Shown: positions 47,041 to 47,086 of the stretch, in pieces
Numbering within the stretch: position 1 is the first letter of the stretch
Layout of the letters: each line of letters begins with the position of its first letter
Assembly (NCBI RefSeq): GCF_001194135.2
Contig: NC_068990.1
Location: 360,893-407,978 of the forward strand
From: Octopus bimaculoides
Lineage: Eukaryota
Reading direction: 5' to 3'
Length of the DNA stretch: 47,086 nt
Notes under the pieces: model-generated
The model's input: the letters and a program-made list of their open reading frames with translations, nothing else
The model's database searches: none
What the model was told of the DNA's origin: nothing
Program-made: the position numbers and the translations under genes

Positions 47041-47086
47041 TTGATAAAGATAGTTTTATTCTATAATTAACAAAGAACAGACATAT

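Overview
AT-rich, gapped animal draft-assembly sequence. It has 12 N-gaps, mostly abutting CA/TA/GA microsatellites, and consists almost entirely of repeats. The SINE and microsatellite make-up most resembles an octopus genome; this is an inference from recalled repeat families, not a search result. No host protein-coding gene can be supported. Recognisable content: two related Tc1 (DD34E-type) elements, three decayed mariners, a pogo/Tigger fragment, a Merlin/ISXO2-like transposase ORF with an uninterrupted DDE domain, a hAT end, three decayed Penelope-like retroelements (RT plus GIY-YIG), a Tx1/L1-like LINE relic, two restriction-like-endonuclease LINE fragments, two solo-LTR candidates with internal minisatellites, Gypsy scraps, many tRNA-derived SINEs and several MITE-like hairpins. 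The most interesting signal is a set of type I hammerhead-ribozyme folds in four unrelated repeats (690-734, 12805-12857, 24609-24654, 36897-36988). One lies in a TSD-flanked tRNA-headed SINE and one in a 355-bp permuted, retrozyme-like unit. A head-to-head ('tails-out') inverted geometry recurs among these repeats. Together this suggests a Penelope-driven group of ribozyme-bearing non-autonomous retroelements. All folds were read by eye and are untested; each carries at least one non-canonical core or cleavage-site feature.
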